Source: Cyanidioschyzon merolae
Lineage: Eukaryota
Reading direction: 5' to 3' (one strand)
Length of the DNA stretch: 64,000 nucleotides
NCBI GenBank assembly: GCA_000091205.1
Contig: AP006483.2
Part shown: positions 33,501-43,488 of the stretch, one piece after another
How positions within the stretch are numbered: the stretch's first letter is position 1
Layout of the letters: each line of letters opens with the position of its first letter
Notes under the pieces: generated by a model
Databases searched by the model: none
What the model was told of the DNA's origin: nothing
What the model saw: the letters and a program-made list of their open reading frames with translations, nothing else
Position numbers and translations under genes: made by a program

Positions 33501-33675
33501 CCAATGCATGCTGAGCAGCCGGACGAAAGCGCTTCCTATTTCCATCGCGACGAGCACGGTGCGGGACCCACGAGTTGGAGCCGTGCTGTGCTTCGCGACG
33601 CTTGGTCGCTGTCGTTGAGCGCTTCTGTTCAGCTTCTGAGCCTAGCACCTGCTTGGCGTGTACTTTTTTTCTCAT
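30535..33675 (-). CDS. MTR4: DExH-box RNA helicase of the SKI2/MTR4 family (exosome cofactor, MTR4/SKIV2L2-like), 1046 aa
   Basis: [43 protein letters not shown]...[18 protein letters not shown]...[27 protein letters not shown]...[19 protein letters not shown]...FLSATIPNA (motifs I–III, DEVH). Also [21 protein letters not shown]...GRAGRRG (motif VI), then an arch region and a DSHCT-like C-terminus. The length fits MTR4 better than SKI2. Confidence 0.85.
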   Translation of the reverse strand: [1046 protein letters not shown]

Positions 33676-34079
33676 TATTCTGTAAAAGCGCAGAGGACTC
33701 GTAGGTTCGTGCCAACTTTAACACCAAACACAAAGCGAGTTTGAACAGCGCCTGATGAAATCGAGTCTCAAACACAATTCTCTGTGCACGAAGCCCGACG
33801 CTATTACGCCCCAGATTCGCTGCTCATATGCATACGAATAAGTATCTCTGTTTCTGGGAAAGGGCTTGTTATGGCAAAATATCTGAGGACAGCAAGAAAT
33901 CTCCTGCGCGAAACAACGTCACCAGGTGAGAATTATATGGTTGGCTGTTTCTTATATGAGAAGGAAGGCCTCGAAACTCTGTATACAGCGTGAAATATCA
34001 CCTCGGCCCGGACCTGAGAACCTCTGCGGCTTGGGTGCGAGGCAGGTCGTTTCACGCGCTAAGGAAGCGCGAGTGGGAC

Positions 34080-35194
34080 GGTCATTACCATTCCAACCGG
34101 TTGAGCAAGCTGGCGCAAGCGCGCTGCTTGCCTCCCTACAGCCGAGGGCTTCGGCGATCCCAGCACGGTCTCATGTACTCCTGCCAGAGGTAGTGCGCAT
34201 ATGATCTTTGCTCGCTCACGTACGCTCTGGAGCGGGGCACAGGGCAGCTCATGGCGGGTGCGGGCAGCGATCTATCAGTCGGAGACCTCCGGTTCGACGG
34301 CTGGGAACCACTCGTCTTGAGACCCGCGAGCGTAAAATGGCGTTTGACAAGAGAGCACACGCTTTGTAGTGGATTGAACCAGAGGACAGCCTGGCACGCA
34401 GAGCAGCTCGACACCTGCCTCAACTGCGTACGGCTTGACCGCGTGTGATTGATGGCGACCGACGTTATCGAAGCGCTGAATAGAAGGATATGCGAAGGAG
34501 AAGTCAGTGAGCGTGCGTCGACGGAGGACGCAGTGTTGAGCGGTGCTGTACTTTTGGGAACGTGTAGGCGACCGCTGGATAACATCGTCGCTCGAGAAGG
34601 TGTTGTCGGAATGCTCGCGTGGCTCTTCTTTACGAACAGCTGTGTGCGCCTCCCTGAGTAGCCCTAGTCAGGTCTGCCAGTTCTCTAGAATAAGGTCGCA
34701 TCGAGCGAGACGAAGACGTATCCCTGCAGAGGTAAGCTTTCGCGCCTCACTGCGACGTCGATAGTGCAGCGTTCAGCGCGGGACGCTGGAGTCTAAGAGC
34801 GTGCTTTGCGCTTTGTCTACCCGCATCTCCTGCTCTCCGCTCGTGTGACGGGGTAGGGGATCTGCGCGCACTGGTGCCTCTCTGAGTGTACGATTCAGGA
34901 AACGTATGGAGTGGCTTTGATCCCCGTGGAGAGAATCTGCTAGGCAGAGAATGCTATGTTCTCTTTTGGATGTGCGCTGCTCAGGATGAAGGCTTCGACA
35001 CAGGTGGTTCATCGACCAGGTTAACGCGGATGTACTGACTCGTAGATTTCAAGGGGTTATTGTCTGGCGCGCCTCAGCGTAGGGGAAAGCGCCTTCTCGA
35101 CCTTCCCGCAGTCTACAGGAAACCTTCATATTGCAGATTACCTACGATAAACAACGGACAAAAGTAGAAAGGTAGAGTAGGTACAGGCTTTCCA
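34080..35194 (+). repeat. R3 direct repeat, copy B (1115 bp), about 400 bp upstream of the helicase start
   Basis: Near-identical to 28541–29655. Confidence 0.9.
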
Positions 35195-36027
35195 GAATTT
35201 ACTGCTGTGGGCATAACGCCGGTTGGTGTCACGACATGCTGTACCGAGAACCTCAGTTGAGGAAGACGTTCCATCTCAATGTTTTCGGAACGCAAACGTG
35301 CATGGGGAAAAGCTCTATGAGTGTAGCTGCAACAAACCTCGGTGGGTACGCGCACATGCGCAAACTTCACATCTGAAGCAGTGCTGCACTTCGCACATGT
35401 ACACTGGGGAGAGCATCGGGAGACCTGGAATGACATTGCGTGCTCGTTTCTCATCTGGATGCAATAACTGACTTACTTGTGGTATCTGGCGGAAAGAAGC
35501 GAGCATTTTTCCCGCTCAGAAACGGCCTTTATCCGTTTAATATACAGTATGGGTTGCTGATCTTCGAATAAAGCGGAGTTGTGGAGCAAGCTGCATTGAT
35601 TCGCGGGATGGATAGAGCCTCGTCTGATCCAGCTGACAAGTAATGCATATTGTCTCGTTACCGTGCACAACCTGCAATGATGTTCTCTGCTCTGCATGGC
35701 GGATATTTCCATCCTTAGAGGGAACGTTCTCAGCGGATGGCATTGTTTGATATGTCACAAAAGATGGAATACGGGCACAGTTCTTAGTGTTGCAGCCGGA
35801 ACTCGCAACCCTGCCTGCTGACGGTAGCCGGCTCAGACGGTGGGGTCGTAGAGTCAATTTTGCGTTAGGCCCTTTCGCGGTGCAAGCCTCTGATATGCTT
35901 TCATATATTCAACGTTGACGTGGTTCATGGCGAGACTCAGGCACCCTACTCATTCGGAAAACTCTGCATCATAAAAGCTGTTTAGTGCATTTCGTGCAAA
36001 CGAGGCGTCTCTTCCGTCTTATAAAGG

Positions 36028-37143
36028 ATGAAAGGGAAGGAAGAAGGAAAAATTGAGGCGCTGCAGTTCTGGACGAAGGTGCTCGAGCGAGGCCAGTTTC
36101 ACCTTTTTGAGTTTGACTGGAGAAGCAGTTCGACGACTGGTTGCTATTCAGCTCTTACTTATGGACTCGTTCGGCATTTTGCCACCTACCTGTGCACCGA
36201 GCACGCAGCACTCGCGGAGAAAGGCTTTCCTGCAGCAGGTTCGAGCGCGTCGTGCTCCCCGCCGACGCCGGGTGACGCCCGGCTCATCTTCTGGTGCGCT
36301 GACCAATGCGTAGAGTGTTTGGTACCACCCAAGATACGACGGCTTGCAAATGATAGACTTGTATTCACGAAGAGCGTCACCAGAGAGGACCTAAAGGACA
36401 CGGCGCACACCATATTGGTGCTGGTATCCCTGAGTCCAAACTTGTGCAGGCGATCGGAGTTCTTGGACTCGCTCCTGCTTCCGGCTTTACTGTTTGAGAA
36501 ACCACCACAGAACCTGACAATAGTGATGGCTATCCGACCTCTTGAATTTCATGGATGTATATGTGATAGCTTGCGATCGAATGCGACGAGCTGCTGGACT
36601 TTCATATCAAAGTCTTGTTTTGTTGGATGGACTCGGGTGCCGCTGCGTGGCCGATGCGTTCACTACGGTTTCGAATGTAGTACGGAGGGAGAGCATTTAT
36701 GGCGGCTGAGCGGGAAGCAGCTAAGCGTTGTCGAATGGGCCTCGCAGCTGGACACACTGCCCTGTCTGTATGACGCGCGCGGTGTGTTTTCCAAGGCATC
36801 CCCGGGGGCCAGATTGGAGCCATACGCTGCTACCGTCCACACTGAGCCGGTTGAAGTGAACTCGAACGCAAAGATGGGCAGTGTGGCCAATCTTCAACCA
36901 TCCACGGAAACGAAGGCAGAGCCGCTCGAGAGCTTCCTTACATCTTTGCCGTTCCGAGTTTCTCTTTCGGAGCGGGAGGAACGCTCGCGATCGCGCCTAA
37001 AACTGCCATTTGAGCATTTTGATGAGAGCACGGCAGATGCGATTATCAAAAGTCCTGAAGGTTTTGTAATTTTTGAAAATGCCGAAGCGGATGAGCCGGG
37101 TAGTGACCCCGAAATCTCAAGCGACGAGGATCTAGACGTTTGA
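36028..37143 (+). CDS. Hypothetical protein, 371 aa, with an acidic C-terminus (SSDEDLDV)
   Basis: It is the long uninterrupted ORF in an otherwise gene-free stretch, with codon composition like the neighbouring genes. I do not recognise a domain. Confidence 0.4.
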   Translation: MKGKEEGKIEALQFWTKVLERGQFHLFEFDWRSSSTTGCYSALTYGLVRHFATYLCTEHAALAEKGFPAAGSSASCSPPTPGDARLIFWCADQCVECLVPPKIRRLANDRLVFTKSVTREDLKDTAHTILVLVSLSPNLCRRSEFLDSLLLPALLFEKPPQNLTIVMAIRPLEFHGCICDSLRSNATSCWTFISKSCFVGWTRVPLRGRCVHYGFECSTEGEHLWRLSGKQLSVVEWASQLDTLPCLYDARGVFSKASPGARLEPYAATVHTEPVEVNSNAKMGSVANLQPSTETKAEPLESFLTSLPFRVSLSEREERSRSRLKLPFEHFDESTADAIIKSPEGFVIFENAEADEPGSDPEISSDEDLDV

Positions 37144-40100
37144 CTGCAACTGGAAACTCGACATGCCCAGCACGATGAACCAATGTGAACGGGCTACCGC
37201 TGCCAAACGTCTCATGGATTCCGGGATGCATGCTTATCATGTTGCCTTTACGCTCGTTGTTCGAGTCGACAAATCAGCGTTTTCCAGACAACGCCCCGTA
37301 AAGTTGAACGCGGCGCCTGCATGTTTGCTTTGTGACAGGCATAAACATACTGGCTTGTCGCGTTTCCAGTCATAGAGCGTTCCATGCGTGAGAAGGATAG
37401 ATGCATACCGCTAGCGCTATCGTGCGCCATATATGGAAGGCTTTGAAACTTGTTTTCATGCGGGACAAGGGCCACAGTGGACAGGAAATCCGCTGTACCC
37501 ATTTTGGCGTACCTCTGCTGATGATCGTTCAATCATGCGGCACTGTTGTTGCTTGGCGCGTTGCGCTGGAATGGTTTGCAGCACTCTAAATGACTCTTTC
37601 AGAAGCCCGACGAAATACATCTGCAGATTGCGCAACACACATTGCTACGGACGCTCGCCCTTTCTGGATAAGGACAACACGTATATTCCTGGCTCTGAGC
37701 CCCCGGGACCCAGGAACGAGTAACAGCGCATTACCGTACCCGCTGTTCCCTGATCGCATGTGAGATTGAAATGGGATACTGGATTGCGCGCTTTGTTCTT
37801 GCCTTTCGATGTTTTCCGATTTTTCGATGTATAGCTTCGACGTTCGAAGTGCAGAATTAAAGGTCTACGGATTCGCTTGCAGTGTTTGGGTTTCTCGCTC
37901 GTCTTTTCGGTGTCGCTCCTTCGATTCTTTGCGTCAGGGATTCGATTCGCCACTGGAATCAGGATGATTCGCAGCGTCATTGAATAAAAGGTGCGTAAAG
38001 AATCGATGTCATTATCCAATTCACACGAGCAAGCCTCGCCGCTTCTCCATCCCTACGAGAATACTGCTAAAATCACGCATTCGTCAAGTTTTCAATCTTT
38101 ATGTCTCAGGCAACTGGTGGACGTAGCATTTCGCGCCACTGGATAGCCGACGAAAAATACTCGATGTCCGCTCTTGACGACTTCTTCGGACGCTCACGCC
38201 GAATGTTCGCTGATCTTCTCACGTCACATAATAGATTCCGTTCAATGCACGATTCATCATCTCTTTGGTACGAACGAGGAATCGGCATTCCACAGCCGCA
38301 CAATATCTCTCTTGAAATATGTTCCTAGAGTCTCGCATCTCTTCTGTTTGCAGGAGACTGGATCTTGGACTTTGGCTTCAGTCGTCGCTGAAATCATTTA
38401 TACTCTAAAGTACATTACTCCGCTGCACAAAGAGAATGTAGACGGATCAATGTTCCGCGCATTGTTCTCCATCCTGGATTTTCCTTTCGGTACTTGTTTC
38501 ATAATGCGCATCATCGCGTTCCACAAATCCTCTGTCGAATAGAACGTTGCAAACTTGCATGTCCAGCAGCCGGAATGCTCACTGAGAGCATCGCCTAGAA
38601 GATGCTCGTTTGCATAGGGAATGTCGCCGCTCGCGGGAACGACGAAGGGCGTCAATGAGGATCTTCAGTTCCCCTCGAAAGTGTGCACCGAGCAGTGATG
38701 TAAGCGTACACGCGCTACAGAGTAGCATTAGGAGAAGGAGGTGCAATGGAAGTATGAGAACGCTTTATCACAGCCAAAAGTCTTTGCCGTGAAGGACCCA
38801 GCGTGGATGTATTTGAAGAAGATGAAAATGGCTCGCGGAGCGTAGATTGCACTATTCGCCTGTGCATGGAATGTGTTGACAGCGGTCGGGAGCAGCGAAA
38901 TAGTGACTTTAACGCTTACATCAACATCCTTTGACCACAAAAAACGGAGATGGAGTTACAGGAGAGACCGGCAAGTTGAAAGCCAGATATAATAGACAAG
39001 GAACAGAAGTATTAGTAGAAAAAGCCGGCCAAATCTGGTGTCGATTACAAGATGAAGAGACCCAGACTTATGTAAATACGTACACGCTAGATGACTGGTT
39101 CTGCTCCTTTTGATTCTGAAAGGGGTATAGTTAGGGAGCTGCAATAGGCTGGCGATAGCTCTCGAGAATAGACTATTTGGACAAATTTGTAGATCAGAAT
39201 ATTTCACGCCTCAACATGTCTTCTGTGCTCAGTCGGCGCGCAGTCGACTTCTTGTAGCCCGAATATTGCCCAAGTTATCGTAATGCAGAATGATTCGACA
39301 AGTCGATCGGCAGCAGCTGCTGGCAAAGTCTGGTTGGTATCGAGCGCATTCGCTGGTATGCTCAGTGCCCTGTAGCTGAGACGACCTTCGCGTTAGCAGA
39401 AGAGTGGTAAGAAAGGTCCTCTTTTTATCCAATGTGCAGACTTTTGTGATCAGAATCCTAGTTTATCCATCGGAATGAGCATAAAATTGCGTTTCGGAGA
39501 TGCACCGCGTAGGCGCGTAGTTTGGAACGCAGACTACTGCCCACAAACCGATCCGAATACGACAATACTGCGGCAATCTCTGCCAGAAACGCTGCCGACA
39601 AAATTTATACATGGAATGGAAAGAGAACAGTACTGTATGGATCAACGAGCGCTTTCCAAAACCGTTTGGCGGCAAATATTAGAGAGCATTGTCGATGATA
39701 AATTGGCTCTTCTACAGCGTATGGTTGACGCTTCAGACCGGTAGATTTTGGCGACGAAGCACATCGTTCGCAATGACGACATCCCGTGAAGTGGTTCATT
39801 ATTATCTGACTCGATCGCATTATTGGCTGATGATCAGACATTCGCAGAGCACCTGGCAACCGTGCTCCGTACTTCAAAGGAAAAACTGCGGTGCGCTTTC
39901 GCTTTACGAATTTCAAAAGACGGCAATTTGCTCATGAATTCAGACACGTAGGCAGCGAATGCCAGGGAAGCTATTGAGCACCAGCGGTCGACCAGAGCGT
40001 CCATGGCTGTAAAGACTGGTGGGATGAGCGCACCATTTCGCTTGTGCAACGCTAAATTTGTGGTATGCTTGCCAGTTCGAGGACGACATTTAGCTGCTGA

Positions 40101-41261
40101 GCGACAACTGAGAGTCGAACGCCCGCAAGTTTCGATTCGCTCATAGCTCTAGCGCCATAGTGACATCATGTTTTGCTTTGGAACGAGCGATTGACGGCAA
40201 AGCATACGTCTCTGGCAAGAAGCGCTAACTCTTGGCGGCAATCGCCTAGGATTTTCAGGCGTCCGCATACCACTTTGAACGACTCGCAAGTCCTCGACGT
40301 TCGAGTAGACTCCGTCCAACGTTGGGTGGCACCAAACGCTTCAGATTATCCCGACACAGTAACTTCATTTACAAGGTTTATTGCGTTGTGTGTATGCAGT
40401 GGGCGCACATCGAAGAGCTCCAAGCACGGATGCTGGAACCGGAGTGCCACGTTCGGTACGTCGAGTGGTTCTGCAGAGTGAGGTATCGCTGCGAGCGCTT
40501 TGGATACCATTGCAGCTTTTCACGCAAAGAACGGATCACCCGAATTTGCAGTCGAGCTTATCCGGAGCAGTTTGATTCTTTGTCATGGAATCTTGGAGAG
40601 TACCAGGTGGCTCTGCAGAGGCCCCTGCGGGTTTCGGCAACTTGCAGGCACGCACGAGGCCCATGGGTGCCGCGCGTCCGAATCTGTGTCCTCGAGCGCG
40701 AAGGGCCACATTTATGGTCAACAAAGATAAGTGTATGGATGCCCATATAGAATACAAATTTTGTACATTCATTTTGTGCCACTGACAGCTTCATTCTCGC
40801 CTGAGCCTGTCACTGAGCACGGCATCGATTCCGAAGGCCGTTTTCGAACGTGTTTGTTTCGGATGCGATGCACAACGAGCGATCAACCCGGTGCTTTGAA
40901 CAGCAAAAGCAGTCATGGGGGAAAATAAGAGGCCATGCTCCTTGAAAGATGGGACGGCTTCCGTGAAGTCACGTGCCACTTCGCAATAGTGCATCTTCTA
41001 TAAAAAAAGGCCCAGGAAACACCGCTCGGAGCGGCACTAATGCCAGCTTTTTCATCACTCACAGGAGAACACAATCACACAAATTGCAAGAATCCTTTCT
41101 TTCAAGTATGGTTCTCCAAATGGTAAAAGATCCTTGCACCAAATTTTGATCACGTCGACAAAAACATACGATATGCAACCATTCATATTCGCTAGTTCCA
41201 TGTCATTCGGGGATCTGGTTACCCCGACTATGCGATACTTTCTCCTCGAATACGAAATTTG

Positions 41262-43304
41262 TCAACTATTCATATCCGCGAGTCTCATATTACCCAAGGA
41301 ACCGGTCATACCGAATATTCGATACTCGCTGTTTGTCAGGGAAGCTTCAGCGGATGCAGTTGTGATGGTACCTGGTCGCGACCCCGAAAAAGAGCCCCCA
41401 GCTCCAGAGAGCGATCGACGCGATCGCCTGCCTGCCTGAGTACCGGACTGGGCGTCCGAGCCCTGCGTTCCCGCCGAGCCTGACATCGGGCTCGCCCCAG
41501 TTGGTATCTCGTGTTCGGTTGCGGACTGACGCAGCGTCCCATTGAGCATGGCTAGTTCCCGAAGTTGTTCTCGTTTGAGGGTATCCCGGTCTTCCGGGAC
41601 GGGGATCAATAGCAGTTCTACCAGTTCCTTGGCACGCTCGAGGGCGTAATCGGCCTGACTCTCCTCCATCTCTGCCTCCAGAATGACATGGAGAGGCTCA
41701 CTGAAGACGTGTTCCCAGCCAGGCTTGCCGCGCACTTCATTCTCTTTGTCTTTGCGGATAGAACCCTTCCCTCGAATCATAATCTTACAGCCTGTTTCTT
41801 TCTCAAGTTTTTTCAACGTGGCCCCGCGTGGGCCTAACAACCTGCCAACAAAATTGTAGTCTGGATACTGGTCAGCTGGGACGGATACTCGACATCGCTT
41901 TTTCACGATGTTTCGGGCAGACATCTTAGTACCTGTGCCCTGGGGAAGCGCATTTGGAAAAGCCGCAGCATCCGACTGTGGTCCACCAATCGGGCCTGGT
42001 CGGGTCAGCGATCCTCCTTCAGTAGCATCCTTGAGTGTGGGATCAGACGGCAGCCCCGCAGCACTGCCCATAGCATCACCTCTCGCTTGCGTTGCCGCGA
42101 GCGAAGCGTTACCATCGCTGTTGAGGCTTCCACTGCTAGAGCATGCCAAACTGAACTGAGAGTTTCCAGATGAACTCATGCCTTGGCCCTGGCTCGAGAG
42201 TGGGCGCATTCCATCTGGAACACTATTAGCAACGCTTCGGCCGGGTGCGAGGGATTCTTCTGATGTGCTCGTTGCGCAACACTGCCGCAGAATCTCCTGA
42301 ACGCGATGGATTTCTGCACACAGAAGCAGCCAGACTCTTGGCACACGTTCTTTCATGTTCTCCAATAATATTCTCTCTTGTCGCAACTCCTCTAGCACAA
42401 GCCTCGCTGCATTAGCGGACAGAGAAGTTGCCACGGGAGCCGCCCCGTCGCTCGGAAGCGCCGCAAATGAAGCACATCGGCGCGGTGGAAGCGGCGCCAT
42501 TCCGCTCGATGAAGCGCTCTTAAGTGAAGTCAAAAAAGGTCGATGATTCCAAGGTTCTGCCCAACGAGGACCTGAAACACCCAGTGTTAAGTGTGAACCA
42601 ATATCTCTAGTCTCGCTCCAGATATCTCGATTATCTTCCGCGGGCCACAACTCGGGAGCTCTCATTCCATCATCGTCACGGAACAAGTACGAAGGAACGC
42701 TATCCTCGTAGGTCGTTGGCAGCGCGCTAGCTCCCAACGAGCTTCTCGGTACAGGGCCGAAATTGTACGACGAATACGAGGTTACTCTGACGGGTCCGCG
42801 GGCCTCTGGCGGCACGTCCACATGGCGACCAAACCCTGATCCCGGAAAGCACGAGCCAAGGCCGTCTGGATGCGGAGCCATTCCGCCTGCGTTTTGAACA
42901 GAGACCGCTCGCGTCCAGCCGGTTGCAGCACTGCTTTCGCTTTCCGGCCCCTGCGCAGAGGTACTCTGGCCTAGATTAACGCTCGAGTTGCTCAGAGAAA
43001 CCGTCGATCCCCAAGGGGTAGGCGCGGGACTCGTCAGAGACAGCTGACTTTGCAGACTTTCGAGTGACCCGGTACGCCCAGTCAGGAGAGCTTCGGGGTC
43101 CAGCGCACCAGCACCGCCCTCCCGCTTCGAGTTCTCCACTTGCTCCTCTTTCGGGACACTGTTTACCCAGAGTCCATCGACCCGCGAAAAGTGCGTGTCG
43201 TCCATCTGAAAAAGGAGGTTTCTATTTTGCTGCAGCGCGTTCACCGGTAGTGACACAGCGTAGACGCACCTGCTGCTCTCTGCGTCAGGCACGTTGCGCT
43301 GCAT
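41262..43304 (-). CDS. STAR/GSG-family KH-domain RNA-binding protein (Quaking/Sam68/GLD-1-like), 680 aa
   Basis: The C-terminal third has VKKRCRVSVPADQYPDYNFVGRLLGPRGATLKKLEKETGCKIMIRGKGSIRKDKENEVRGKPGWEHVFSEPLHVILEAE...ERAKELVELLLIPVPEDRDTLKREQLRELAMLNG. This matches QUA1, the maxi-KH (GPRG...IxIRGKGS) and QUA2 of STAR proteins. The N-terminal two thirds are S/P/A-rich and low-complexity. Confidence 0.8.
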   Translation of the reverse strand: MQRNVPDAESSRCVYAVSLPVNALQQNRNLLFQMDDTHFSRVDGLWVNSVPKEEQVENSKREGGAGALDPEALLTGRTGSLESLQSQLSLTSPAPTPWGSTVSLSNSSVNLGQSTSAQGPESESSAATGWTRAVSVQNAGGMAPHPDGLGSCFPGSGFGRHVDVPPEARGPVRVTSYSSYNFGPVPRSSLGASALPTTYEDSVPSYLFRDDDGMRAPELWPAEDNRDIWSETRDIGSHLTLGVSGPRWAEPWNHRPFLTSLKSASSSGMAPLPPRRCASFAALPSDGAAPVATSLSANAARLVLEELRQERILLENMKERVPRVWLLLCAEIHRVQEILRQCCATSTSEESLAPGRSVANSVPDGMRPLSSQGQGMSSSGNSQFSLACSSSGSLNSDGNASLAATQARGDAMGSAAGLPSDPTLKDATEGGSLTRPGPIGGPQSDAAAFPNALPQGTGTKMSARNIVKKRCRVSVPADQYPDYNFVGRLLGPRGATLKKLEKETGCKIMIRGKGSIRKDKENEVRGKPGWEHVFSEPLHVILEAEMEESQADYALERAKELVELLLIPVPEDRDTLKREQLRELAMLNGTLRQSATEHEIPTGASPMSGSAGTQGSDAQSGTQAGRRSRRSLSGAGGSFSGSRPGTITTASAEASLTNSEYRIFGMTGSLGNMRLADMNS

Positions 43305-43467
43305 GGATCTGCAACGCGTGGCTGCGGGGCGCCTGCGATGCCTCCGGCGCGTTGTGCGGCGACGATTCGTCGACGCGCGCGGAGCCTAGACGCTCCTGCG
43401 AGGCGCTCTGCTGAAGCGTGCGGATCGCGTACGCAACGGTGCGCGATCGCCCATGCGTGCAGCGAAT

Positions 43468-43488
43468 CCGCCGCCGCCGCCGCCGCCG
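43468..43488. repeat. (CCG)6–7 microsatellite upstream of the STAR gene start
   Basis: ccgccgccgccgccgccgccg. Confidence 0.9.

Noticed and set aside
28541-35194. R3 pair as LTRs of an LTR retrotransposon
   Set aside because: The interior encodes a cellular exosome helicase, not gag/pol. The repeat ends lack TG...CA, and there is no target-site duplication, PBS or PPT adjacent to the repeats.
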